Assembly (NCBI GenBank): GCA_964016885.1
Contig: OZ024764.1
Coordinates: 14,446,001-14,510,000, forward strand
DNA: 64,000 nucleotides
Origin: Eledone cirrhosa
Taxonomy: Eukaryota
Direction of reading: 5' to 3'
Part shown: one piece after another, positions 26,486 through 39,492 of the stretch
Numbering within the stretch: the first letter of the stretch is position 1
How the letters are laid out: each line of letters opens with the position of its first letter
Notes under the pieces: model-generated
What the model was told of the DNA's origin: nothing
Database searches by the model: none
The model's input: only the letters and a program-made list of their open reading frames with translations
Program-made: the position numbers and the translations under genes

Positions 26486-26960
26486 CAGTATTAACAATTG
26501 TTTCATTGATCAGGTGAGTCTAAAGGCTGCTGATCAAGTGAGTCTAAAGGCTGCTGATCAGGTGAGTCTAAAGGCTGCTGATCAGGTGAGTCTAAAGGCT
26601 GCTGATCAGGTGAGTCTAAAGGCTGCTGATCAGGTGAGTCTAAAGGCTGCTGATCAGGTGAGTCTAAAGGCTGCTGATCAGGTGAGTCTAAAGGCTGCTG
26701 ATCAGGTGAGTCTAAAGGCTGCTGATCAGGTGAGTCTAAAGGCTGCTGATCAGGTGAGTCTAAAGGCTGCTGATCAGGTGAGTCTAAAGGCTGCTGATCA
26801 AGTGAGTCTAAAGGCTGCTGATCAAGTGAGTCTAAAGGCTGCTGATCAGGTGAGTCTAAAGGCTGCTGATCAGGTGAGTCTAAAGGCTGCTGATCACTCG
26901 AAATTGCGTCACTGGACCTTAAATACAGTGTGTCTCTCTGATCAAATCATCGGAATACTG
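26486..26960 (-). ncRNA. Hammerhead-like motif with a satellite-expanded stem II
   Basis: Minus strand: cagtatt CCGATGA tttgatcag ...[24-bp x16]... ctgatcaat GAAA caattg TT aatactg; perfect 7-bp stem I, GUU triplet, U4C core variant. Confidence 0.7.
26507..26896. repeat. 24-bp minisatellite x16 (caggtgagtctaaaggctgctgat)
   Basis: Near-perfect copies. Confidence 0.95.
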
Positions 26961-27530
26961 GGTACTCACAACCTCTAACTAGATTATCTAAAACGATAAC
27001 TAGTTATCCCATATATATATATATATATCATCATTCATCATTTCATTTTACGTCCACTTTTCCCTGCTTGCAAGGGTGGGACAGGAACTGATTCTGGCTT
27101 GATTTCTACAGCTGGATGCCCTTCCTAACACCAACCTCATTTACAGTGAGTGCTGGGTGCTTTTTTGCCGTGGCACCTCCACGACCACTTTGCAGTGGAA
27201 TGATAGGGACCCCAGTCCCTATCATCTCATTTCTACAGCTGAGTAAACTGGAACAATGTGAAATAAAGTGTCTTGCTCAAGGAAACAACACATCACCCGG
27301 TCTGAGAATTGAACTCACAACCTTTCGATTACAAGGCCAATGCTCTAACCACTAAGCCATGTGCCTCCATATATGTACATTCATATATACATCGCTATTT
27401 CTGAGCACCTATACTAATTTCTCTCTCTCTCTCTCTCTCATCATCATCATCAATATGCATATACATACATATATGTACACACACACACACATATATATCA
27501 TCATCATTCATATATATATTTGCGTTTCAG

Positions 27531-27591
27531 AAAAACTGAAGACCTGCAGTTTCAAATTGAAGAGGAAGTTGTGGGCAAAGATGACCTGGAG
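27531..27591 (+). CDS. CLIP1: CLIP1-family exon F (RKTEDLQFQIEEEVVGKDDLE)
   Basis: Matches the CLIP-170 [21 protein letters not shown] motif; ttcAG and GAG|GTGAGT; phase fits exon E. Confidence 0.95.
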
Positions 27592-28476
27592 GTGAGTACG
27601 GGGACTTTTGAGGGGCTCCCACCTGTCTCTCACTCATTCTCTCTCTCTCTCTATGAATGTAGAGAGCTTTCTCCTGCTTGCTCCTCTTTTTACCAAAACA
27701 ATTTCTACTGAATATCATCATCATTTTACATCCACTTTTCCCTGCTTGCAAGGGTGGGACGGGAACTGATTCTGGCTTGATTTCTACAGCTGGATGCCCT
27801 TCCTAACACTAACCTCATTTACAGTGGGTGTTGGGTGCTTTTTTGCTGTGGCACCTACACGACCACTTTACAGTGGAATTATGGGGACCCCAGTCTCATC
27901 ATCTCATTTCTACAGCTGAGTAAACTGGAGCAATGTGAAATAAAGTGTCTTGCTCAAGGAAACAACACATCACCCGGTCTGAGAATTGAATTCACAACCT
28001 TTCGATTGCAAGGCCAATGCTCTAACCACTAAGCCATGTACAAATAAAACGATCTTTCTCGTTTATTCTAAATATCATCATCATCATCATTTTACGTCCG
28101 CTTTTCCCTGCTTGCAAGGGTGGGACGGGTCCTATTCAGCACAGCATCTCTCCACTTGTCACGTTCCTTCGTCATCTCCACTGTGAGTTTCAGCGATCTG
28201 AGGTTTGTTCTCACCACCTCCGCCCATGTTTTTCGTGGTCTACCTCTACCACGTCTTCCTTCAACTAGCATTTCCTGGCACTTCTTCACCCATCGGTCAT
28301 CCTCCATGTACATCACATGTCCATACCACCTCAGTCTCCTCTCTCGCACACTACATTCTATCCCTCTCAGACACAGTTTCTCTCTCAACACACACATATA
28401 TATATATATATATAAATATATTACACAGAGAGAAGTGTGTTACACAGCGGAATACTCTAATTCCGATCCTTGTATG

Positions 28477-28513
<37 letters not shown>

Positions 28514-29111
28514 ATATACACATCATCATCATCATCATCATCATCATCTTCGTTTAACGTCCATTTTCCACGCTAGCATGGGTTAGACGGGAGTTGTCCT
28601 ACTTGAGTCAAGGTTGGTCGGGTGACCGTGTCTCGCTCGTAAAGGACTGTCTGGCAGGTTTTCTACGGCTGAATGCCCTTCCTAACACCAAGCACATTGG
28701 TGGAACTGGGAACTTTTTACCATGCCACCCACACGCCCACATTATAGCATGGACTGTGTGTTTTTTTTCTCGTGACACCTACACAATCTCGATCTCATTA
28801 TTTCATTTATTTGGACTGGATGTTGTGGTACCAACTTATATATCTGGTTTAAATGCTAAAGGGTTAAGTCCTCACCAATCAGTGTCTCCACATCTAATCC
28901 TTGGTAGCAGGGAAAAACAGACATTAAATGATGGTGGTGGTGATGACGGTGTTGATGATGATGATCATGATAATGGTGCCCAATAAAATCTAAACAAGGG
29001 TACACATATAAATAAAAATAAATGAAGTATTTCCGTAGGAAAGGTAAAGGAAAAGAGAGTGCTCTAATATATATAAATAAAACACTACTAAAACAACAAT
29101 AAATATTACAG

Positions 29112-29216
29112 ACCAAGACTGAGGAGGAAGAAGCTAAGATTAAGGAAATGGAATCCAAGAATAAACAGATTCTAGAAAAAGCTAACAACATTGAAAAGGA
29201 GCTGACTGAATCTAAG
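29112..29216 (+). CDS. CLIP1: CLIP1-family exon G (TKTEEEEAKIKEMESK...IEKELTESK)
   Basis: 105 nt phase 0-0, AAG|GTAAGT donor, coiled coil; acceptor tacAG lacks a normal pyrimidine tract. Confidence 0.85.
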
Positions 29217-29299
29217 GTAAGTTGATGGTATGGCGTGGTCTGTGGTGGAATGGTGGTGTGGTATAGTGGGATGGTGTGGGAGTATGGTGTACTCTGGGG

Positions 29300-30020
29300 A
29301 GTGGTTGTGGTGGTATTGAGAAAGCACTTGCTGAGGCAAGGTAAGTTGGTGGTGTAGTGTGATTTCAGTTGTGTGATGTGGTGTGGTGTGATGGGATGGT
29401 GGTTTACTGGTTGTGGTGATGGGGTATTTAGAAGGGTAAGCTGATGATATGGTATGGTGTGGTGTGGTGTGATATGGTGTACTGTCTGTAGTAGTGGTGC
29501 TATTGATAAGGAGCTGGCTGAGACCAGGGTAAGTTGATGGTATGGTGTGGTATGGTGTGGTGTGATATGGTGTACTGTCTGTAGTGGTGGTGCTATTGAT
29601 AAGGAGCTGGCTGAGACCAGGGTAAGTTGATGGTATGGTGTGGTGTGATATGGTGTACTGTCTGTAGTGGTGGTGCTATTGATAAGGAGCTGGCTGAGAC
29701 CAGGGTAAGTTGATGGTATGGTATGGTGTGGTGTGATATGGTGTACTGTCTGTAGTGGTGGTGCTATTGATAAGGAGCTGGCTGAGACCAGGGTAAGTTT
29801 ATGGTATGGTGTGATATGGTGTACTGTCTGTAGTGGTGGTGGTATTGATAAGGAGCTGGTTGGAGTTAGGGTAAGTGGCTGGTATGATGGTCTGCAGTGG
29901 AGTGGTGGTGGTTGAAGCTAGGGTAAGTGGACTGTATGGTGGGGGTGGCGGTATTGAGGATGAGCTGGCTGATGTTAGGGTAAGTTGATGGTATAGGAAT
30001 GGTATGGTGTGGTGTGGTGT
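29300..30020 (+). repeat. Degenerate 83-93-bp array derived from the exon G 3' end + donor
   Basis: attgataaggagctggctgagaccagg|gtaagttgatggtatgg versus the real attgaaaaggagctgactgaatctaag|gtaagttgatggtatgg. Confidence 0.8.
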
Positions 30021-30086
30021 TGCTGACAACCCTCCGCGGTCCTCTCTCTAATGTCCACTTCTCTGTCTGTGCCTTCCATTGTCCAG

Positions 30087-30239
30087 TTGAAAGCGGATGA
30101 CTACGAGAGCCAGCTGAAGGTGTCCGAAGATACACAAACCATGTACCTGGACCAGATAGACGAGTTAACCCACAAACTGACGCAGGCCGAGAACAAGATC
30201 ACATCTTATGAGGCCACAAAACTGGAGGAGGGAGCAAAG
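30087..30239 (+). CDS. CLIP1: CLIP1-family exon H ([12 protein letters not shown]...KLEEGAK)
   Basis: Pyrimidine tract + ccAG, 153 nt phase 0-0, AAG|GTGAGT. Confidence 0.9.
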
Positions 30240-30370
30240 GTGAGTTGGATATATACATGTTTGTCTGTGTATATATCTATATATATACACACACAAACAC
30301 ACACACATATATATATATATGAGTGTATATATATATATATATATATACACTCATATATATATACACACAG

Positions 30371-30427
<57 letters not shown>

Positions 30428-30462
30428 TGTATATATATACACTCATATATATATACACACAG

Positions 30463-30493
<31 letters not shown>

Positions 30494-30516
30494 CACTCAT
30501 ATATATACACACACAA

Positions 30517-30565
<49 letters not shown>

Positions 30566-30566
30566 A

Positions 30567-30601
<35 letters not shown>

Positions 30602-30610
30602 CACACACTC

Positions 30611-30691
<81 letters not shown>

Positions 30692-30731
30692 TATATATAT
30701 ATATATATATACACTCATATATATATATACT

Positions 30732-30821
<90 letters not shown>

Positions 30822-30896
30822 AATCCTGGGTTCAATCGGGGGTAACCACAGTAAGTAAGGTACTCAATATATAGCAAAGTATAAATATTTAATATA

Positions 30897-30967
30897 CAAA
30901 TGGCTTCTACAGAACGCCCTGATGATTTCTCCCGATTGAAACAGTTCTAGTCCTGTAGAAGCCATTT
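30897..30967 (+). ncRNA. Degenerate hammerhead of the 10.5-kb type with a short inverted arm
   Basis: CTGATGA 30919-30925, GAAAcagttctagtcctgTA identical to the 10.5-kb copy; stem I broken at the inversion junction. Confidence 0.6.
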
Positions 30968-30972
30968 CTATA

Positions 30973-31016
<44 letters not shown>

Positions 31017-31060
31017 AATAATAAATGTGAAGACTAAAATCCGAAGAGGGCTCGATAAGG

Positions 31061-31108
<48 letters not shown>

Positions 31109-31364
31109 CGTAGAGCAAATATTTATTATTTGTACAGATTAAAGTTTCAGAAGATCCCGTAAAAGGGTGAAAGCAGCGATTCTTTGCTTGAACTTTAATC
31201 TGCCCTTCCTAACGCCATCCACACTTAGTGTGTGCTGGGTGCTTTTTGTCATGACATCTACACGACCACTTACAGAATGGGCTGTATGTTTTGTGGTACA
31301 TATATATACAGTATATATATATATATATATATATATATAATGTATAAAAATCAATACAATATAA

Positions 31365-31440
31365 TTACCTCATTACCAGAGGTTTCCCGAATGAGGCAAA
31401 TACGAAAGAAACGTCTTCATTCGTTCGTCAGACGAGGCAA
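31365..31440 (-). ncRNA. Type I hammerhead ribozyme motif, intact core
   Basis: Minus strand: ttgcctcgt CTGACGA a-cgaatga..tcattcg-g GAAA cc-tct-gg TA atgaggtaa; 9-bp stem I (2 G-U), GUA cleavage triplet. Confidence 0.85.
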
Positions 31441-31852
31441 TATAAAACATGGCTAAATACTTGGAAAGTCTCATCAAGAAAATCAAAAAAAAGATATAGA
31501 CAAATGAATTAGAAATTGAAATATATAAAAATCTATCAAGAAATATAGTTAGGTGTGTGTATATGTATATACGCTCACTCTTCACTTCTATGACCTTTTC
31601 TGTTTCCAACGGAAATTTCAATACTTATATATATATATATAACATCCAGAGTTGACATTGCACTCAGTGCTCCTTTGGGAGCCCCTACATGGACACACTA
31701 GAAGAGGAAGACCAAGGTTAACATATGTTGATGCCCTAAGGACAGACACTGGTCTGTTGGAGATGCAGGACATAGCAGCGATAATGAGGGACAGAGACCG
31801 TTGGAGAGAACTCGTCCATGGATCTCGGGAACTTTACCCGCCTTAGATAGAT

Positions 31853-31919
<67 letters not shown>

Positions 31920-32164
31920 ACGATCGACTTTCGTCAAATCGGACCGAGGGAACAATGTTTCCGTCGGTCTTTCCAATTGCTAATACTATCTATCGGTCGC
32001 AACTCCAGGTAGAAGGAGCAACGTGAAATAAAGTGTCTTGCTCAAGGACATAACGCATCGCCTGGTCTAGGAATCGAACTCACAACCTTACGATCGTGAA
32101 TCCAATTCTCTAACCACTCCGCCACACGCCTTCACATATATATATATATATATATATATAGCAC

Positions 32165-32278
32165 GCTCTGATGAAACGATTGGTTATAAACAAAGTATTG
32201 GAGATCGATTGATGCAACACCAGGCGAGTAGCGAACTCTAGACTCTAGACCTACCAGATCAAAGAAACAATTGTCAGC
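32165..32278 (+). ncRNA. Degenerate long-stem-II hammerhead
   Basis: gct CTGATGA ...about 90 nt... GAAA caattg TC agc, then AATAAA; base of stem II unpaired. Confidence 0.45.
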
Positions 32279-32434
32279 AATGTGAATAAAGCCCTTATTG
32301 TATAGCCAACCATGTCACTCTTCATTCTTGAATTATATATATATTCTAAGGCGGGTAAAATTCCCGAGATCCATGGACGAGTTCTCTCCAACGATCTCTG
32401 TCCCTCATTATCGCTGCCATGTCCTGCCATATAT

Positions 32435-32645
32435 ATAGGAAAAAAGTATGAACCCGATGGCAGAGCTCAAGCCATTTCGATGGCTATTTCTGGACGATGA
32501 ACTGAGTCCAGAAATAGCCGTTGAAACGGATTGAGCTCTGCCATCGGGGTCATACTTTTTTCCTATTTCCCACTCTACTACCCTAAGTATTGAGTACTCT
32601 GGTGCGTTATGGTCCATTTGGTTCCTTACCACAATTCCTTTGTTA
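32435..32645. mobile_element. Foldback element family in (TA)n (also 54904-55110; fragments 21415-21478, 47415-47460)
   Basis: Palindromes 32435-32566 and 54904-55030 share the tail ..tattgagtact..ggtgcgttatggtcca..ggttccttaccaca. Confidence 0.7.
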
Positions 32646-33102
32646 TATATATATATATATATATAAGTCCCACCCTTGCAAGCAGGGAAAAGCGGACGTA
32701 AAATGATGATGGTGATCATAAATGGAAGTTTAGTAAAATCGAATCTTCAGCTGTAGCCAAGCCAATGAGATACAATGAGGGATTATGCAGCCAAGCACTC
32801 TATGAGGGCTCTCAGAGTAATAACATTCGTTAGACAACATGACAAATTGAAAGCTGTGGCAGGCAAGCCTAGCCACGACACCGAAGCAATGAGAAAAGCA
32901 ACAGGTTAATATATGTATGTATGTAAAAGGTAAACAGAAATAACCACACAATCGGTACAGTATATGGAAGGAATATATTAGTTTAATGCTTGATATAGCA
33001 GGGAGAGGGTCTTAACGTTTTGGACGCTAGTCCTTCATCAGAAAAAAGAATGAGAAATAAGATAGATTGAGGGGACGGGTGGGTTGGAATTGGAAAAAAA
33101 TG

Positions 33103-33152
<50 letters not shown>

Positions 33153-34463
33153 GCACACGCATACGTACTTGTGTATAATGTTCACCATGCCACCATAACA
33201 TCTATGTTTAATTGTTTTATCTCACCCCTTTCACTTTTTACACCCACTCCTATTGCACAACCACCCACCCTTAAGTTTTATGTTATGCTCCCACTTACTG
33301 ACAATGTTCACTTCGTTATGTTGTTTTTTTTCTTATTCCCTGTTAAAGACATTTCTTTTCATTTAACACAAACACTTCTAATGTAAGCAGCCCTCCCTTC
33401 CTCTCCCCCTCAAGTTCTGTTTTCTAGAAGTAGTGTTACTACTGTTACAGCTCACACCCATGTAGGTTTAGCTAGTCTTCTATGTGGTTGTATCTCATAG
33501 GAGGTTTTTAGGGTGTTTTAACCTTTTAGCATTTACATTACTTTATATATACAGTTGTATTTTTGTGGTGAAGGCTTTATCTTACATAATTATCCCACAT
33601 AATATCGAATCTACGAGATTTTGATGTCATTCATTTTGAGAACAATACCTTAACATCAGTATGAGTGGGCAGTTATGGCTGGTTTGAACAGAAAGAGGTT
33701 AGAGAATTCTGGCCGGATATGGTCGGTTTAAATGCTAAAGGGTTAATGATAGGGACCCCAGTTCTATCATGTTGTTACAGCTCACACCTATGTAGGGTTA
33801 GCTGGCCTCCTACAAGGTTGTATCTCATAGGAAGTTTCTTGGGTGTTTTAATGAGAGGGACCCCAGTTCTATCATGTTGTTACAGCTCACACCTATGTAG
33901 GGTTAGCTAGCCTCCTACAAGGTTGTATCTCATAGGAAGTTTCTTGGGTGTTTTAATGAGAGGGACCCCAGTTCTATCATGTTGTTACAGCTCACACCTA
34001 TGTAGGGTTAGCTAGCCCTCTATGTGGTTGCATATCCTAGGAGGTTTCTTGAGTGTTTTAATGCTAGAGGCCCCTAATCCTATCATGCTATTATTACAGC
34101 TCACTTCTATGTAGGTTTAGCTGGTCTCCTGTGTGGTTGTATCTCATAGAAGGTTTCTTAACTGTTTTAATATATGGGAGGCCCTAATAGTGGATATGAA
34201 GGTACTGCTTCTCCCTCTCTTCCCACTGGTCTTGGAGGCCCTGATAATGGATATGGAATGCTAAACTTCCTTTTCTGTTTTACCTACTAAAATGTTCTCT
34301 CTCTCTTCCTCCACCCTGTTCCCCCTTTGGTTCCTTATCAGAGATACCAGTAATTACAGTGACAAGAGGGTCAAGGGACCAGGCAGCAGGTTAAAAAAAA
34401 AAAATTTTAAATAGGGGTCTTTTAATATCTTGAATTTTTTGTTTTATTTTCAATCCCTTTCAG

Positions 34464-34493
34464 CCATCTTCACCCCCTTCAGAACCCGAGACG
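34464..34493 (+). CDS. Candidate 30-nt alternative microexon (PSSPPSEPET)
   Basis: Long T-rich tract + ttcAG, ACG|GTAAGT, phase 0-0 like flanking exons H and I, non-repetitive sequence. Confidence 0.5.
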
Positions 34494-34859
34494 GTAAGTG
34501 TGGTGAAGTGTCATCAATAGTAGTAATAATAATAATAATAATAACAATAATGGTTTTTAATTCAGGCACGAGGTAACCTAAGCTATAGTAATAACAATAA
34601 TAATAATAATAATAATAATGATTTTTTTTTTTTATATGTAGGCACAAGGTCAACTAAGCTATAATAATAAAAATAATAATAATAGTTTCTTTATTAACCA
34701 CAAGGGTTGACATAAAGTATAACATTAAGGACAGCACAGGACGGTACAAATGGGCATTTCTGCGTGTAAAGAAAAAAAACACAATAATACAGATAAATGA
34801 CAAAAAAAAAAAAAAAAAAAGAAACTAAGGAAAATTCCCCAATAGGGGGGGGAGACTTC

Positions 34860-35095
34860 CGAGGGACATTTGTGGAGAAAGCACATTAAAAAAGCCACGG
34901 GTGACCCTGACCACCAGGGCAAGTGCCCTCTCCCAGTTTTCCATTTCCAATTTACAAGTGCATCCTCAGAACAGGTCCATTCACTCTGACCATGCTTGCC
35001 TCTCTCACCCATCTTTCAACAAATTGCTGGGAAGAGAGCACTTCCCTCTCCACCCTGATTTTTCCTTTTCAAATGTCCACCAGGCTGGACTCAGC
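34860..35095 (-). pseudogene. Possible L1/Tx1-like LINE C-terminal remnant
   Basis: Minus frame KIRVEREVLSSQQFVERWV..; weak resemblance recalled from memory only. Confidence 0.3.
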
Positions 35096-36064
35096 TGATA
35101 ATCATCATTTCATCATTTCATTTTACGTCCACTTTTTCCCTGCTTGGAAGGGTGGGACGGGAACTGATTCTGGCTTGATCTCTACAGCTGGATGCCCTTC
35201 CTAACACCAACCTCACTTACAGTGAGTGCCGGGTGCTTTTTTGCCGTGGCACCTCCACAACCACTTTGCAGTGGAATGATAGGGACCCCAGTCCCTATCA
35301 TCTCATTTCTACAGCTGAGTAAACTGGAGCAATGTGAAATAAAGTGTCTTGCTCAAGGAAACAACACATCACCCGGTCTGAGAATTAAACTCACAACCTT
35401 TCGATTGCAAGCCCAATGCTCTAACCACTAAGCCATGTGCCTTCAGATAATAATAATAATAATTGTTTCTACTTTTGGCACAAGGCCAGCAATTATCTCA
35501 GTGCATTACTGGTACTTTATTTTATCGAGCCCGTAAGGATGAAAGGCAAAGTTAACCTCGGCGGGATTTGAACTCAGAATGGCAAGGGCCGTAACTCTAT
35601 GCGTCAAAGCATGGCGTCCGACCCTCTACAGATACTGCCAATCCACTGCCAAGAAAATATAATAATTGTTTCTACATTAGGCACGAGGCCAGCAATTACC
35701 CCAGTGTATTACTGGTACTTTATTTTATCGACCCTGAAATAATTGTTTCTACAATTGGCACAAGGCCAGCAATTACTCCAGTGTATTACTGGTACTTTAT
35801 TTTATCGACCCCCGTAAGGAAGAAAGGCAAAGTTAACCTCGGTGGGATTTGAACTCGGACCATAAAGGGCCATAACTCTATGCTATAAAGCATGGTGTCT
35901 GATGCTCTACCGATTACTGAAAATCCACAATAATGTTAATGCTTTCTAACCTAGACAGAGGGCCAGAAATTTGATGGTGGGAGGGGACAGGGGTCAAATT
36001 ATATTGGTAATACAGGTACTGGACACTAGTCATTTGAACCTCACTCTACCACACCTCTTGACAC

Positions 36065-38425
36065 GAATACACACATACACCAGCACACACACACACACAC
36101 ACACACACCAGCACTCACATACACACACCAGCACACACACACACACACACCAGCACACACACACATACACCAGCACACACACCAGCACTCACATACACAC
36201 ACCAGCACTCACATACGCACACCAGCACTCACATACACACACTAGCACTCACATACACACACCAGCACTCACATACGCACACCAGCACTCACATACACAC
36301 CAGCACTCACATACACACCAGCACTCACATACACACACCAGCACTCACATACACACACACACCAGCACTCACATACACACACCAGCACTCACATACACAC
36401 ACCAGCACTCACATACACACACCAGCACACACACACACACCAGCACTCACATACACACACCAGCACACACACACACACCAGCACTCACATACACACACCA
36501 GCACACACACACACACCAGCACTCACATACACACACCAGCACTCACATACACACACCAGCACTCACATACACACACCAGCACACACACACACACCAGCAC
36601 TCACATACACACACCAGCACTCACATACACACACCAGCACTCACATACACACACCAGCATACACACACACACCAGCACTCACATACACACACCAGCACTC
36701 ACATACACACACCAGCACTCACATACACACACCAGCACTCACATACACACACCAGCACACACACATACACCAACACACACACACACACACCAGCACTCAC
36801 ACACACACACCAGCACTCACATACACACACCAGCACACACACACACACCAGCACTCACATACACACACCAGCACTCACATACGCACACCAGCACTCACAT
36901 ACGCACACCAGCACTCACATACACACACCAGCACTCACATACACACACCAGCACTCACATACACACACCAGCACTCACATACACACACCAGCACTCACAT
37001 ACGCACACCAGCACTCACATACACACACTAGCACACACACACGCACGCTCACCTGTACACACACACACACACAAAGGTTGGTAAGGGCATGGTGCTTTGT
37101 TTTTATATATATGTGGTATTATTAACTATTAACAATAATAATAGTAGTAGGTGTTACTAATGTGTGTGTGTGTGTGTGTTGTGTGTGTCTGTGTGTGTGT
37201 GTGTGTGTGTGTTGTGTGTGTGTCAGTGTGTGTGTGTGTGTGTTGTGTCAGTCAGTATTTTGTATGTTGTGCATGTGTGTGCATGCATGCATGTATATGT
37301 TCTTGTTTTGTTTGTGTGTGTGTATGCGTGTTTATGTGTGTGTGTGTGTGTGCATCTGTTAGTTGGTGTGTGTGTGTGTATATCAGTCAGTATTGTGTGT
37401 GTATGTGTATGTCAGTCGGTATTGTGTGTGTGTGTCTATCTGTGTGTGTGTGACTAGCTGTAGTTGTGTGTATGTCAGTCGGTATTGTGTGTGTGTGTCT
37501 ATCTGTGTGTGTGTGACTAGCTGTAGTTGTGTGTATGTCAGTCGGTATTGTGTGTGTGTGTCTATGTGTGTGTGTGTGACTAGCTGTAGTTGTGTGTATG
37601 TATGTCTCAATGTGTGTGTGTGCTGCATGTGTCTCAATCTGTGTGTGTATGATGCATGTACGTTTGTGTGTATCGTGTTGTAAGAATGCATTTTAGTGCA
37701 GTTTGATGTAAAGTGTATTGTTATGTAATGCAGCATGTGTTGTCGTGTGGTGTGGTGTATTATTGTGGTACGCTGTGGTGTGGTGTGGTGTGTTGTGATG
37801 TAATGTGGTGTGGTGTGTTGTCATGTGTTATGTAATGTGGTGTGGTGTCATGTAATGTGGTATGGTGTATTATGGTACGTTGTGATGCGGTGTGTTATGT
37901 TATGAGGTAGTGTATGATGTTGTATGGTGTGGTGTATTGTTGTGGTATGTTGTGATGTGGTATGGTGTGTTGTGTTGTGATGTGTGTTGTGTTTTATGTT
38001 GTGTGGTGTGATGTGTTGTGATGTGGTATGGTGTGTTGTGATGTGTTTTGTGTTGTGTTGTGTGGTGTGATGTAATGTGTTGAGTTTTGTCATAGTATGG
38101 TGTGTTATGTTGTAATGTGGTATGGTGTGTTGTGTTGTGGTGTGGTGTGATGTAATGTGTTGAGTTTTGTCATAGTATGGTGTGTTATGTTGTGGTATGG
38201 TGTGTTGTGTTGTGTTGTGGTGTGGTGTGATGTAATGTGTTGAGTTTTGTCATAGTATGGTGTGTTATGTTGTGATGTGGTATGGTGTGTTGTGATGTGT
38301 TTTGTGTTGTGTTGTGTGGTGTGATGTAATGTGTTGAGTTTTGTCATAGTATGGTGTGTTATGTTGTGATGTGGTATGGTGGGTTGTGATGCAGTGATAT
38401 GTAGTATGGTGTGTTGTGTGTTGTT
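36065..38425. repeat. CA-rich 20-bp minisatellite followed by TG/TGTGG low-complexity repeats
   Basis: caccagcactcacatacaca unit, then GT-rich tracts. Confidence 0.9.
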
Positions 38426-38604
38426 TTAAACCAACTTCCATATATAAATTAATTCTCTGCTGAACACTTCTGCTCCTCTCACTCTCTCTCTGCTAAACCT
38501 ACAAACTACATATATTTTTACTTTTTGACATTTTATACAGATTGAGTTGTCTCTCCTTTGTTCTGTCCTACACCATCTTGTTTTTTTTGTGTGTACAAAA
38601 ACAA

Positions 38605-38643
<39 letters not shown>

Positions 38644-39432
38644 GTGTGTGTGTGTTTAATGGTAGCTAAGATGATTCCATAGGCGGTATGCCGGTTGAGC
38701 ACTCTATGCTCTTACAGAGCAGAGTGTGATATAATATAAAACGAAAAATCAGTGCTGCATCTGAACTCAATTTATTGTGTGTTACAATTGTTTCCCCGGC
38801 GGACAGCTTGAGCCGCGATCATTGTGTGGATCTGTCTGATTCTGGACCCGCAGGTTCGACGGACATGTCTAATGATTTCGGAGCATATTCTCTCACTTAT
38901 ATTATATATATATCATTTCATCATCATCATCATCATTTTACGTCCACTTTTCCCTGATAGCAAGGGTGTGACGGGAACTGATTCTGGCTTGATTTCTACA
39001 GCTGGATGCCCTTCCTAACACCAACCTCATTTACAGTGAGTGCTGGGTGCTTTTTTGCTGTGGCACCTCCACGACCACTTTGCAGTGGAATGATAGGGAC
39101 CCCAGTCCCTATCATCTCATTTCTACAGCTGAGTAAACTGGAGCAATGTGAAATAAAGTGTCTTGCTCAAGGAAACAACACATCACCCGGTCTGAGAATT
39201 GAACTCACAACCTTTCGATTGCAAGGCCAATATATATATATGAGGCACATGGCTTAGTGGTTAGAGCATTGGCCTTGCAATCGAAAGGTTGTGAGTTCAA
39301 TTCTCAGACCGGGTAAATGAGGTTGGTGTTAGGAAGGGCATCCAGCTGTAGAAATCAAGCCAGAATCACTTCCCGTCCCACCCTTGCAAGCAGGGAAAAG
39401 TGGACGTAAATTGATGTTGTTGTTGATATATA

Positions 39433-39492
39433 TTTATCTGACGTGGACGTACTGAAGAAACAGCACAGTACCTTCGAAATATATATAATAAA
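39433..39492 (+). ncRNA. Degenerate hammerhead, AT-rich type (core CTGACGT, A9 lost)
   Basis: Same stems as the 43.3-kb copy, with a core mutation. Confidence 0.55.

Noticed and set aside
26370-26978. (QVSLKAAD)n repeat protein or CRISPR-like array
   Set aside because: Pure tandem repeat with no spacers and no cas genes, lying in an intron
32435-32566. Hammerhead in this foldback family and in the 31030/54800 family
   Set aside because: GAAAC is present but I could not build a CUGANGA core with consistent stems; kept only as palindromes
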